A stretch of DNA of 64,000 nucleotides from Hydrurus foetidus (taxonomy: Eukaryota). The DNA lies in assembly GCA_900617105.1 (NCBI GenBank), contig UYFQ01000600.1, positions 248,001 to 312,000 of the forward strand, written 5' to 3'. The notes beneath the pieces are model-generated. The model saw only the letters and a list, made by a program, of their open reading frames with translations. It made no database searches and had not been told where the DNA came from. A program made the translations under genes and the position numbers. Below are positions 33,283-45,223 of this stretch, piece by piece. The number at the start of each line of letters is the position of its first letter. Position 1 is the first letter of the stretch.

Positions 33283-34150
33283 GGCGCGGCCCGCGAAACC
33301 TGGGCCAGGGCGGCCAGGGCGTCGGCGCGGATCGCCGCCACGTGGCGATCGACCTCGACGCGGCGCTCGGCCGAAGCCAGCCAGGGGGCCAGGACCAGGA
33401 GAGCCGGATCGGGAAGCGCGTCCAGTGTCCGGATCGCGCTCTCAACATCACCCTCATCCAGCAGCCGCTGGGCGCGCGCCAGCTTGGCGTCGGGCGTCGT
33501 TCCGCCCGTCGAGCTGACCTGGCGGATCGAGACGATGCCGGCCAGGGCGTAGCGGATTCGGGCCAGCAGGCCGGCGTCCTGGCCGGGATCGCGGGCGGCG
33601 TACGGCGCGCCGGAGTTTCGAATTCGGCGGCGAGACCGGCCCGGGTCGGGCCCGTCTGGGCCAGGCGCGACAGGGCCCGCAGGTCGGGCGACATCGGCAA
33701 CACCCGCCCAAGACTGGCCAGTTCCTGGTCGAACGGACCCGAGGTCTGGGCCGCGTCCGCCAGGGAGGCGGCGGCCAGCGAAGCCGCAGCGGCGTCCAGG
33801 ACGCCCTTCTGGCCGGCTTCCAGGGCGGCGAGGCGGGCCTCGAGGCGCTCGATCTCTACGGCGGAGCCCGCCAGGGTCGGCGCGGCGGCCTCGACCGGAA
33901 GCGGCGAGCCGACCGGCAAGCGCGCGGACGGCGGCGTCGCGCTGGGTGTGGCTTGGATCGGGCTGTCGGTGGAACCCTTTACGGGAAACCAGGTCGGCCC
34001 GTAGCGGGTGACCATGGCGCCCAGGATCACGCAGGACACGCAGAGGGCGATCATCGCCCAGAAGCCTGCGCCCAGCAGCGGGCGGCGGCGAGCGTACAGC
34101 GCGGGATCGCTGGGCGTGACGATTTCAGCGGGATCTGGAGCGGCGTTCAT
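33279..34150 (-). CDS. COG4223/mitofilin-like membrane-anchored protein (frameshifted)
   Basis: Single TM then coiled coil, SGPFDQEL; conserved position between hemD and hemY. Confidence 0.7.
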
Positions 34151-34192
34151 ATCCCATTCGTGCCCCACGCCGCACCGCCGCGCAATGTGCAG

Positions 34193-34875
34193 CTATCGCC
34201 CAAGCAGATCGAGCAGGTCAGATTCACGGGGTCGAGGCGCAAAGGCCACAGAGCCGATGCGGCCCAGGCGGTGCGCCGCCAGCAGCGGTTCCGCCACGGC
34301 CGGCGACAGACACAGGGCCGCAAGCGCCGGCGCCGGCCTGGTCGAAGAGCGGCCAGCCCTCGTGCGGCGCGGGGAGACTGCAGCAGCACGGCTTCGAGCC
34401 CGGCCAGTTGCCCAGAGCGGCCCGGGCGGGCGGTCGATCGTGGCATAGACAGCCATGCGCGCGCCACGACCCCGCGCGCGGGCCAGCAGCGCCGGCAGAT
34501 CGGCGGCGGGCTCGCGGCGCCGACCGACAGAACAGGCCCTGGGCAGGTTCGCGCGATCAGCGCGGCCAGCGCCTCGACATCGCCGTCGGCGCTGAAAGAC
34601 TCGGAAAATCCCGCCGCCCGGGCCGCGCGGGCCGTCGCATCGCCCACGGCGAACACCGGAAGGCCGCGCGCGGCAGTCAGGCGCGCGAAGGCCTCGACGC
34701 CGTTGGCGCTGGTGAAGGCAAGAGCCCCTATCCCGGCCAGGTCGACCTCCGGCGCGAGAAACCGGATCTCCAGCAGGGATCGACGAGCGCCTTAAAGCCC
34801 AGGGCCTCGACGCGGCGGGCGGTCGCCCAGCGCCGGGCGGGCGCAGGTGATCCAGACCGTGCCGCCCCTGCGCAT
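34193..34875 (-). CDS. hemD: Uroporphyrinogen-III synthase (frameshifted)
   Basis: VWIT, AFTSANGV, FAVGDATARAARAAGF, AVYAT, SPRAAR; follows hemC. Confidence 0.88.
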
Positions 34876-34878
34876 CGG

Positions 34879-35825
34879 CTAGTCCGGCAGGATCAGGGCG
34901 TCGCCGCCCTCGGCCCGCACGGCCGCGCCCAGAGACAGGCCCAGCTGCCGAGCGACCGCGACATCGTCGGACCCATCGAGCGTGACCTCGCCTTCGCGCC
35001 GGAAGCGCTGCACGCCGTCGGGGGTCAGGGCCTCGACGATCATCGACAGGCGCCGGCCGTCCAGGATGGCGTAGGCGCCGATGGCGGTGCGTACGATTTC
35101 AATAGGAGCGCTGCGCTCGGCGGCGACGCAGATCGTGGTGGGACGGCAGCGGACGGCGTCGAGCCAGCCGGCGTTCACATCTTCGCGGCGCGTCTCGATG
35201 ACCAGGGCGCCCTGGCCCGGCGCCGGCGGACAGGCGATCGGGTCGAGCCAGCTTTTCGGCAGGTGACCTGGCCAAGACGGTTCAGGCCCGACTGCGCCAG
35301 CAGGATGGCGTCGGCCTCGCCGCGCTCCAGCTTGGCCAGGCGCGTGTCGACATTGCCGCGCAGCATGACGATTTCCAGGTCGGGTCGCACGTGCAGGGCC
35401 TGGGCCTGTCGGCGCAGGCTGGCCGTGCCCAGGCGCGCGCCGTGGGGCAGGTCTTCCAGTCGATCGCAGATGTGGCTGATGAAGGCGTCGCGGGGATCCT
35501 CGCGCTCGGGCGTCGCGGCCAGGATCAGGCCCGGCGGCAGTTCGGCCGGCATGTCCTTCAATGAATGGATGGCGCAGTCGATGCGGCCGTCCAGCAGGGC
35601 TTCCTCGATTTCCTTGGTGAACAGGCCCTTGCCGCCGATCTCCATCAGGCGGCGATCCTGGATACGGTCGCCGGTGGTGACGATTGGGATCAGGGGCGCA
35701 TAGGCCTCTTCCTCGCCGGGCGATCCGCCGAGCGCGGCGGCGATCCGCGCCTGCATGAGACCGGACTGAGCCAGGGACAGCTTGGAGCCACGGGCGCCAA
35801 TACGGATGGGAGGTTGCCGGGACAC
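34879..35825 (-). CDS. hemC: Hydroxymethylbilane synthase (frameshifted)
   Basis: [51 protein letters not shown]. Confidence 0.96.
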
Positions 35826-35898
35826 GGTGGGAACGTTACCTGCGGAGACAAGATTGAAGCCATCGCTGCTACAGGAGCGGCGGGAACCCCGCAACCGA

Positions 35899-36995
35899 AT
35901 GCCAAATTCCACGACCCTCGGCCTGACCATCCTTGGCCTGGAGACCAGCTGCGACGAGACTGCGGCCTCGATCGTGCGCCGTGAGGGTGACGGAACGGTC
36001 ACGGTGCTGTCCTCGATCATCGGCACCCAGTTCGAGCAACACGCCCCGTTCGGCGGGGTGGTGCCGGAAATCGCCGCCCGCGCCCATGTCGAGGCCATCG
36101 ACGCCATCGCCGCCGAGGCCATGCGCGCGGCGGGCATCGGCTTCGATCAGATCGACGGCGTCGCGCCACGGCCGGCCCAGGACTGGTGGGCGGCGTGATG
36201 GTCGGGCTGGCGTTCGGCAAGGCCGTGGCCCTGGCCCGCAACATTCCCCTGGTGGCGGTCAATCATCTGGAAGGCCATGCGGTCTCGGCCCGGCTGGGAG
36301 CCGACATCCCCTATCCCTTCCTGCTGCTGCTGGTCTCGGGCGGGCACTGCCAGCTGCTGGAGGCGCCGGTGTCGGCCTGCACCCGCCTGGGCACCACCAT
36401 CGACGACGCGGCCGGCGAGGCTTTCGACAAGATCGCCAAGTCCCTGGGCCTGCCCTATCCGGGCGGTCCGGCGCTGGAGAAGCTGGCGATGAGCGGCGAT
36501 GCGAGCAAGTTCGAGCTGCCCGCGCCCTGTTGGGCCGCAAGGATTGCGACTTTTCCTTCTCGGGCCTGAAGACCGCTGCGGCGCGGCAGGCCGAAAAAAT
36601 CACCGACGCGCAATCGCGCGCCGATCTGGCCGCCGCCGTCCAGGCCGCCATCGCCCGCCAGTTGTCGGAACGCACCGACCGGGCAATGAAGCTGTATAAA
36701 GAGCCACCCCGATCAACCGCTGCGCTTCGTGGTGGCCGGCGGCGTCGCGGCCAATGGCGCGGTCAAGGCGGCGCTACGCAGGAACTGCGACGACAACGGC
36801 TATTCGTTCGACGCCCCGCCGCTGGTCTATTGCACCGACAACGCCGCGATGATCGCCCTGGCCGGCGCCGAGCGGCTGGCTTTGGGGATTTCAGACGATC
36901 TCGACGCCGTCGCCCGGCCCCGTTGGCCGCTGGACGAGGCGGCGGCGTTATCCAATCCGAGCAACAGTTTCGGTCGCAAGGGAGCCAAGGCATGA
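35899..36995 (+). CDS. tsaD: tRNA N6-threonylcarbamoyladenosine synthesis protein TsaD (frameshifted)
   Basis: [51 protein letters not shown]. Confidence 0.96.
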
Positions 36996-37988
36996 CCACG
37001 TTCAGACACGCCGGCGTCATCGGCGCGGGCGCCTGGGGCACGGCCCTGGCCCAGGTCTGCGCCCGGGCCGGTCTGCAGGTCACGCTGCAGGCCCGCGAGG
37101 CCGAGGTGGTCGAAAGCATCGCCGCCCAGCGGGAAAACAGCCTGTTCCTGCCCGGCGTCGTGCTGGAGCCCGAGATCGCCGCCATCGCCGACATGGCCGG
37201 CCTGGCGTCCTGCGACCTCATCCTGGCCGTCGCCCCGGCCCAGCACCTCGCGCTCGGCCCTCATGGCCCTGGCCCCGCACCTGCGTCCCGGCGTTCCGGT
37301 GGTGCTGTGCGCCAAGGGTGTCGAGCAGGGCACGCTGAAGCTGATGACCGAGGTCGCCGCCGAGGCCCCGCCCAGCGCGCCTCTGGCCGTGCTGTCGGGC
37401 CCCAGCTTCGCCGGCGAGGTGGCCCGGAACCTGCCGACCGCCGTCACCCTGGCCTGCGAGGACGAGGCGCTGGGCCGCGCCATCGCCGAGGCCATCGCCA
37501 CCCCCACCTTCCGCCCCTATATCGCCGCCGACATGATCGGGGCCGAGGCCGGCGGGGCGGTCAAGAACGTGCTGGCCATCGCCTGCGGCATCGTCGAGGG
37601 CAAGGCCTGGCCGCAGCGCCCACGCCGCCCTGATCACCCGGGGCTTCGCCGAACTGACCCGCCTGGCCATGGCCCTGGGGGCCAAGGCCGAGACCGTGGC
37701 CGGCCTGTGCGGCCTGGGCGACCTGGTCCTGACCTGCTCCAGCCCGCAATCGCGCAACATGAGCGTCGGCCTGGCCCTGGGTGGCGGCATGACCCTGGCC
37801 GAGGCCCTGGCCGGCAAGCTGTCGGTGGCGGAGGGCGTCGCCTCGGCCCCGGCCGTCCGCGACCTTGCTGCGCGCCTGGGGGTCGAGATGCCGATCTGCC
37901 AGGCCGTCGCCGCTATCCTGGCGGGCGAGGCGCAGGTCGACGCCGCCATCGCGGGCTGCTGTCCCGTCCCCTGAAATCCGAAGCCTGA
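36992..37988 (+). CDS. gpsA: NAD(P)H-dependent glycerol-3-phosphate dehydrogenase (frameshifted)
   Basis: [46 protein letters not shown]. Confidence 0.96.
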
Positions 37989-38000
37989 CAGGACCGTCCC

Positions 38001-38281
38001 ATGCCCCTCTTCGCCATCACCTGCACGGACAAGCCCGGCGCCTCGAGACGCGCCTGGCCACCCGTCCTGTTCATCTCGACTATCTGAAGACGTCGACCGG
38101 GCTGAAGCTGGCCGGCGCCCTGCTGGGCGAGGACGGCAATCCGATCGGCTCGCTGCTGATCGTCGAGGCCGACGACCTGGCCGCCGCCCAGGCCCAGGCT
38201 GACAACGACCCCTTTACCGCCGCCGGCGTGTTCGAGCGCGTCGAGGTCCGTCCCTGGCGCCTGGCGATCGGCGAGCTCTAG
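38001..38281 (+). CDS. YciI-family protein (frameshift near start)
   Basis: RLATRPVHLDYL, GSLLIVEA, DPF..AGVF. Confidence 0.88.
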
Positions 38282-38290
38282 CGTCCGCTC

Positions 38291-38656
38291 GTGCGATCCG
38301 ACCCCGACAATCCTGCCCGCCCGGCTCCCGGGACGGTGCTCTGCGCGCTGGGCGAGATCCCCTCGCCCGGCGCCAAGGGGTTTCGCTTCCGCCAGGACGA
38401 GGCCCTGTTCGCAGGCTTCGTGGTGCGACAGGGCGAGGCCGTGTTCGGCTATGTCGACAGCTGTCCGCATGCCGGCTGGCCCATGGCGGGCTTCGCCGGC
38501 CGCTATCTGACCCGCGACAATGACCTGATCCTGTGCGGCGGCCACGCGGCCCTGTTCCGCATCGAGGACGGCGTCTGCCTGGCCGGTCCCTGCCCGGGCC
38601 AGACCCTGACGCCCTGGCCGGTGCGGATCCAGGCGGGCGAGGTGCGCACTACCTGA
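38291..38656 (+). CDS. Rieske 2Fe-2S ferredoxin
   Basis: CPH..C..H.A.F...DG.CLAGPC motif. Confidence 0.9.
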   Translation: MRSDPDNPARPAPGTVLCALGEIPSPGAKGFRFRQDEALFAGFVVRQGEAVFGYVDSCPHAGWPMAGFAGRYLTRDNDLILCGGHAALFRIEDGVCLAGPCPGQTLTPWPVRIQAGEVRTT

Positions 38657-38766
38657 CCGCGCGACGTTTTGTCGCTCCCCCGCCAAGGTAGAGTTAAGAT
38701 CCGTTAGACATGTCGGCGTCATGGTCTTCCCTAGCGGAAGCGTTTGCTGACGGGAGAGACGGTCAC

Positions 38767-40567
38767 ATGGCGTCACTGGGCCAGAAGATTATCGGGGCGT
38801 GCGGCGGCGCGGCCCTCCTCTGCGCGGCGACGGCGGCCACCGGACTTTGGGTGGCGTTCAGCCTCGACAAGGCCCTGGAACGCGCCTCGACGTCGGCCCG
38901 GATCCTGCGACAGCACATGCACGCCGACATGATGCACGACGCCCTGCGTGGCGATGTCGGCGGGGCCATCATGTCCAGCGACCCGGCCCTGGGGTTCGAC
39001 ATCAAGGCCGTTCGCGCCGACCTCGCCGAGCACGTCGCGGCCTTCGAAGAAGATATCAAGACCGCAGAACAGCTCGCCCATGATCCAGCCATCCAGTCCG
39101 CCCTGAAGGACGTCGAGGCCCCGCTGGGCGCCTATATTGCCGCCGCCTCGGGCCTGATCGCCGTGGCCGACACCGATCCAACCGCTGCCCGCAGCTTGCT
39201 GCCGGATTTCAACAATCAGTTCTCCTCCCTAGAAGACAAGATGGAGCAGGCCTCAGAGCGCATTGAGGCGGCCGCCACCCGCGATGCGGAAGCCGCCCGG
39301 CGCCTTGGGGTCCTGGGCCAGATCCTGATGGGGACCCTGCTGCTGTCGGCCGCCGCCCTGGCCGTGGGCCTGATCCTGGCCGCCCAAAGGGTGCTGATCG
39401 CGCCGCTGTCCGAGATCACCTGCTGCCTGCGGCGACTGGCGGCCGGCGACTTCTCGGCTGTCCTGCCCAAGATGCGGCGAAAGGACGAGATCGGCGAGAT
39501 GGCCTCAGCGGTCCATGCCTTCCGTGACGCCGTCGAGGCGCGGCAGAAGGAGCTCGAGGCCACCGACGTCCGCGAGGCCCTGGAAGCCGAACGCCGCACC
39601 GCCGAGACCCGCCGCGCCTCTGAAGATGCGGCCCAGAACGCCGTGGTCGGTAACCTGGGCGATGCCCTGCGCCACCTGTCGAACGGCGACCTGTCGCACC
39701 GGATCGATCAGCAATTCCCCGAAGGCTATGAGCGCCTGCGCATCGACTACAACGCTGCTGTCGACAAGTTGTCGGGTGTGATCGCCGCTTCGCTGGAAGG
39801 GGTTTCACTGATCCATGGCGGCACCGCCGAGATCACCGAGGCCGCTGACGACCTGTCGCGCCGCACCGAGCAGCAGGCCGCCAGCCTGGAAGAGACCGCC
39901 GCCGCGCTCGACGAGATCACCGCACGGTGCGCCAGACCGCCGAAGGGGCCAATCGCGCCCGCAAGGTGGTCGAACAGGCCCGCGCCGCCGCCGGAACAGC
40001 GGCGCGGTCGTGGGTCAGGCCGTCAGCGCCATGGGCGCGATCGAAAAGTCCTCCAGCCAGATCGGCCAGATCATCGGCGTGATCGATGAGATCGCCTTCC
40101 AGACCAATCTTCTGGCCCTGAACGCCGGGGTCGAGGCCGCCCGGGCCGGCGAGGCCGGTCGCGGCTTCGCCGTTGTCGCCCAGGAAGTCCGGGCCCTGGC
40201 CCAGCGCTCGGCCGACGCCGCCAAGGAGATCAAGACCCTGATCGCCACCAGCGCGGCCGAGGTCGGCCAGGGGGTCGAATATGTCGGCAAGGCGGGCGAG
40301 GCCCTGCGCGCCATTGCCGACGAGGTCGACCAGATCGACTCCTTGGTCAGCGCCATGGCGGCCTCTGCCCAGGAACAGGCCCGCGGCCTGGCTGAGGTCA
40401 ATACGACCATGAACCAGATGGACCAGGTCACCCAGCAGAACGCGGCCATGGTCGAGGAGACCACCGCCGCCAGCCACGCTCTGGCTCAGGAAGCCACACG
40501 TCTGGCCGAGCGCATGGGTGAATTGCGGATCGCCGATGGCCGGGTCGCCCAGCGGCGGGCGGCCTGA
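38767..40567 (+). CDS. Methyl-accepting chemotaxis protein with four-helix-bundle sensor (frameshifted)
   Basis: Two TMs, [42 protein letters not shown]. Confidence 0.92.
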
Positions 40568-40614
40568 CAACACCATCCCGGATCGGCTTTTCAAGCCGTC
40601 CGGAATGAAGCGCT

Positions 40615-41366
40615 CTATTGCGGAGCCTTCTCCGCCGAAAAAGCCGCCAGATCCTCGATCAGAGACTTGGCCGCCATCGCCACCAGCTCGCCGCCCTTTT
40701 CCGGCGTGGCCAGGGCCGGGTCCGAGCCCATGCGGCCATCGGGATAGCGGGCGCGGAAGTCCAGGGCCTCGCGGATCGGGCCGGTGGGCGCGATCTTCGG
40801 CTCATAGGCCATGGTCTTGATGGTTTCCGGATAGGCCCACTGGGTCACCGCGATCTCGGACGGCGTCGCATGGCTGCCGTGACCCACCGGGAATTGCCGG
40901 TTGGCCAGGCGTTGACGCCGGCCAGGTCCCACCAGTTCTTCAGCTTCAGGGCGAACGGCGCCCGCGCGCCGCGGAAGCTGTAGTCGGCATAGATCTCGGA
41001 GAACGCCGCCTCGATCGAGGCGACATTGCCGCCGTGACCGTTGAGGAAATAGATCCGCTCAAAGCCGTGTGCGCCCAGCGACCGCACCCAGTCGCCGATC
41101 GCGGCGATAAAGGTCGAGGGGCGCAGGAAGATCGTGCCCGGAAACGCCAGGTGATGCTGGGCCATGCCGATATTGAAAGTCGGGGCCACCAGCACGGTGT
41201 CGGACAGCTTCTGGGCCTCGTGCGAGATGATCTCCGGGCACAGCCAGTCGGTGCCCAGCAGGCCCGTGGGGCCGTGCTGCTCGTTGGAGCCGATGGGCAC
41301 GACCACGGTCCTGGACGTCTGCAGGAAGGTCTCGATCTCGGACCAGGTGGAGAGGGCGAGCAGCAT
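40615..41366 (-). CDS. Creatininase-family protein (frameshifted)
   Basis: PIGSNEQHG, HHLAFPGT, NGHGGN motifs. Confidence 0.9.
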
Positions 41367-41543
41367 GGCAAACTCCAGGGAAGCAGCTGGATGAGCTCCC
41401 GGAAGAGTCCTGCGAAGCCGCTAAGTCAAGCCCCAGCTGGCGGCTTCTCGCCAGGAGCTTCCTCATAGGCGCGCATCCCCGCCTCACTAAGCTCTTCTGC
41501 GGATTCGCCGTGTCCTTCGTCGACGCCTCGCGCCGGCCCGAGT

Positions 41544-42014
41544 TCAAGCGAGGTGCCGGTCCGGCAGGTTTGCTGACCACCTCGATCTCATTGGGTCTCC
41601 GGGCCGCCGCCGACTGCCAAAATAGAACCCGACGACGACTAGGGCCAACTTTGAGCACGCCGACCGCTCCGATACCGGCAATCGCCGCGAGACAAAGAGA
41701 GCTAACGATCAATACGGCGATAAACGCCTGGACGTTACTCGTCGATAGTGCATCCCGGATGTAGAGAGAAATGTTCTGGCCGCCGAAATTGACGCCAAGA
41801 AAGTTCAAGGCCGAGGCAAGATGACGAGCACCAACGCCAGCTGGAGAATGGGTGTGATGAATATGCCTAACGCCCGCCCAATATCTAGAACACGCGCCGC
41901 AATTTCTGAAAATTCATGTCGTTGGTCGGAAGATAGATCGCCGCCATCTGCAAGGCGACGTACCCAAAACCATAAGACGCCAACGAACACCGACCATCCA
42001 ACGACAGTTTTCAT
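41544..42014 (-). CDS. Lower-GC hypothetical membrane protein (frameshifted; end approximate)
   Basis: Hydrophobic segments across ORFs 41805-42014 and 41059-41808, with ALVVVGFYFGSR in another frame. Confidence 0.45.
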
Positions 42015-42168
42015 AGTCTCCCCAAGGAAAACGCGCCAAGCATGCCTAACGCAAATACTCTACCCCAGGTGATAAAATAACTTGAGTGCTAATTTCTCCA
42101 TTGGTCTTCTTGCGCCCCGTCGCCGCCTTCGCATACTCCCGCCCAACAAGACCAAGGGAGTAGATGGC

Positions 42169-43383
42169 GTGAGCGACGGACAGGTTTTCCCGGTTCCAGA
42201 GGCCCTGGCGCTTGAGGCTCACATCGACGCCGCCGCCTATGAAGCCGCCCTCGCCCGCGTCGAAGCCGATCCGGAAGGCTATTGGCGCGACATCGCCGAG
42301 CGACTGGACTGGATCAAGGCGCCCACCCAGATCAAGGACGTGTCGTTCAACAAGGACGACTTCCGCATCCGCTGGTACGCCGACGGGGTGCTGAACGTCA
42401 GCGCCAACTGCATCGACCGCCATCTGCCGCACAAGAAGGACGAGGTCGCCCTCATATTCGAGGGCGACGAGCCGGGAACCTCCGACACCCTGACCTATGG
42501 CCAGCTGCACGAGGAGGTTTGCCGCATGGCCAACGTCCTCAAGGTGCAGGGGGTCCAGAAGGGCGACCGGGTGACGATCTATCTGCCGATGATCCCGATC
42601 GCGGCCGTGGCCATGCTGGCCTGCGCCCGGATCGGGGCCGTGCATTCGGTGGTGTTCGGCGGCTTCTCGCCCGACAGCATCGCCGGCCGCATCCAGGACT
42701 GCGCCTCGCACTTCGTGATCACCGCCGACGAGGGCAAGCGCGGCGGCAAGCGCGTGCCGCTGAAGGCCAATATCGACGAGGCCCTGAAGAGCTGCCCTTG
42801 GGTCGGCAAGGTCTTGATGGTGCGCTGGACCGGCGCCGACGTGCCGCTGGTCAAGAACCGCGACATCGTCTGGCAGGACGTGCGCGAGGCCGTCTCGGCC
42901 GAGTGCCCGCCCGAGCCGATGAACGCCGAGGATCCGCTGTTCATCCTCTACACGTCCGGCTCGACCGGAAAGCCCAAGGGCGTGCTGCACACCACCGGCG
43001 GCTATCTGGCCTGGGCCTCGTGGACCTTCTGGGCCGTCTTTGACTACAAACCCGGCGAGGTGTTCTGGTGCACCGCCGACGTCGGCTGGGTCACCGGCCA
43101 TAGCTATGTGGTCTATGGCCCGCTGGCCAATGGCGGGACCAGCCTGATCTTCGAGGGCGTGCCCAACTATCCCACCCCCAGCCGGTTCTGGGAGGTGATC
43201 GACAAGCACAAGGTCGAGATCTTCTACACCGCCCCCACAGCCCTGCGGGCCCTGATGCGCGAGGGCGACGAGCACGTCACCAAGAACGATCTTTCGTCCC
43301 TGCGCCTGCTGGGCAGTGTCGGCGAGCCGATCAATCCGGAGGCCTGGCTCTGGTACCACCGCGTGGTCGGCAAGGCGAAACTG

Positions 43384-43425
<42 letters not shown>

Positions 43426-44109
43426 CTGATCACCCCCCTGCCGGGCGCGACCGCCCTGAAGCCCGGCTCGGCCTCCAAGCCCCTGCCCGGCGTCAAGCCG
43501 CAGCTGGTCGACGCTGAAGGCGCGGTTCTGGACGGCGCGACCGAAGGCAACCTGGTGATCACCGACAGCTGGCCGGGCATGATGCGCACGGTCTATGGCG
43601 ACCACGGCCGGTTCTTCGAGACCTATTTCAGCACCTATCCCGGCAAGTACTTCACCGGCGACGGCTGCCGCCGCGACGCCGACGGCTATTACTGGATCAC
43701 CGGCCGGGTCGATGACGTGATCAATGTCTCGGGCCACCGTCTGGGCACAGCCGAGATCGAGAGCGCGCTCGTCGCCCACGAGACCGTCGCCGAGGCCGCC
43801 GTGGTCGGGTGCCCGCACGACATCAAGGGTCAGGGCGTCTATGCCTATGTGACGCTGAACGCCGACGTCACCCCGACCGATGATCTGCGCAAGGCGCTGG
43901 TGCTGTGGGTCCGCCACGAGATCGGCCCGTTCGCCGCGCCGGACGTCATCCAGTGGGCCCCGGGCCTTCCCAAGACCCGGTCGGGCAAGATCATGCGCCG
44001 CATTCTGCGCAAGATCGCCGAGAACGACCTCACCAGCCTGGGTGACACCTCGACCCTGGCCGATCCGTCGGTCGTCGATGATCTGGTGAAAAATCGCGCC
44101 GGCGCGTGA
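42169..44109 (+). CDS. acs: Acetyl-CoA synthetase
   Basis: [47 protein letters not shown]. Confidence 0.97.
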
Positions 44110-44139
44110 CGGCGAGGCCATCGGCGCGTTAGCGTCAGT

Positions 44140-44712
44140 ATGATGAGCCGGCGACTTTCCCTTGCCCTGATGTTTCTGGCCAGCCCGGCTCTGGCCGACG
44201 GCGCCTGGATTGACCGCCTGCGGGCGGGCGAGATCCCCATCGAGGCCCATGCCGACGCCAAGGGACGCGGCGGCATGGTGAGGGCAGCCATCGATATTCC
44301 CGCCCCCGTGGCCGTGGTCTGGCGCACGATCCTCGACTGTGATCGCGCCGCCCGCATGACCCCGGGGGTCAAGCGCTGCCGGGTGATGTCCCGCGCAGTG
44401 GACGGCCGCTCGGAACGGCGCGAGCATCTGGTCAAGTGGGGCTTCTTCCTGCCGACCCTGCGCTCGACCTCGCGCGTCGACCTGGACCCTGAGCGCAGCA
44501 TCCGCTTCACCTGCATCGGCGGCGACATCCGCGCGTGCGAGGGGTCCTGGACGCTGGAGCCGATCAAGTCCGGGACCGCCACCCGCGTGACCTATGAGAT
44601 GTGGGCGGCGGCGCCCTTCGCTTTGCCGGCGCCCATGCTCAGCGGCCTGATGCGCCGCGACGTCCCCGACGCCCTGAGGGCCTTGCGCCGGGAATGCCAG
44701 GAGGCCGAGTGA
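44140..44712 (+). CDS. SRPBCC/polyketide-cyclase-like protein with signal peptide
   Basis: IDIPAPVAVVWRTI.D, GSWTLEP, TRVTYE. Confidence 0.8.
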   Translation: MMSRRLSLALMFLASPALADGAWIDRLRAGEIPIEAHADAKGRGGMVRAAIDIPAPVAVVWRTILDCDRAARMTPGVKRCRVMSRAVDGRSERREHLVKWGFFLPTLRSTSRVDLDPERSIRFTCIGGDIRACEGSWTLEPIKSGTATRVTYEMWAAAPFALPAPMLSGLMRRDVPDALRALRRECQEAE

Positions 44713-45149
44713 GCCCGGCCTCGCAGGACCCGGCGGATGGCCTGTGGCTGTTCGACGGCGTGTGCAATCTCTGCTCGGGCTCGGTCGCATTGGTGCTGAG
44801 GCTGGATCGCGAGGGCGTCATCCGCTTCACGCCGATCCAGTCGCCCTATGGCCGCCAGCTGGCCATCGCCCAGGGGATCGACCCGGACACTCCCGCCAGC
44901 TTCCTGTTCATCGACCATGGCCGGGGCCTGGAAAAGACCGCCGCCATCGGCGCCTTGCTGCGCCGGCTCAACGCGCCGTGGCGCTGGCTGGCCTTTGTCG
45001 ATCGCCTGCCCAGGCGGCCGGCCGACGCCGCCTATGACTGGCTGGCCGCCAACCGCTATCGGCTGATGGGGAAGAAGGACGCCTGCATGGTCCCCACGCG
45101 CGCCCAGCAAGCCCGGTTCATCCTGGAGCCTCCGACAATCGCTTCATGA
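44709..45149 (+). CDS. DCC-family thiol-disulfide oxidoreductase
   Basis: FDGVCNLC and YDWLAANRYRLMG. Confidence 0.9.
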   Translation: MSPASQDPADGLWLFDGVCNLCSGSVALVLRLDREGVIRFTPIQSPYGRQLAIAQGIDPDTPASFLFIDHGRGLEKTAAIGALLRRLNAPWRWLAFVDRLPRRPADAAYDWLAANRYRLMGKKDACMVPTRAQQARFILEPPTIAS

Positions 45150-45223
45150 CAAGACGGTAAGCTTTCGCCCCGGCGGGGCGATGATAGGGTCGGCGCAACC
45201 GCGTTTGCTGGAGCTCACCCCGA

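Noticed and set aside
42084..42092. GAGTGCTAA as a CIRCE element upstream of acs
   Set aside because: Only the right half-site is present; no TTAGCACTC 9 bp upstream
42046..44790. 914-aa minus-strand ORF and similar long antisense ORFs (1696-3333, 49656-51170, 57076-58461)
   Set aside because: Shadow ORFs opposite well-recognised genes, expected from high-GC codon bias; no motifs of their own
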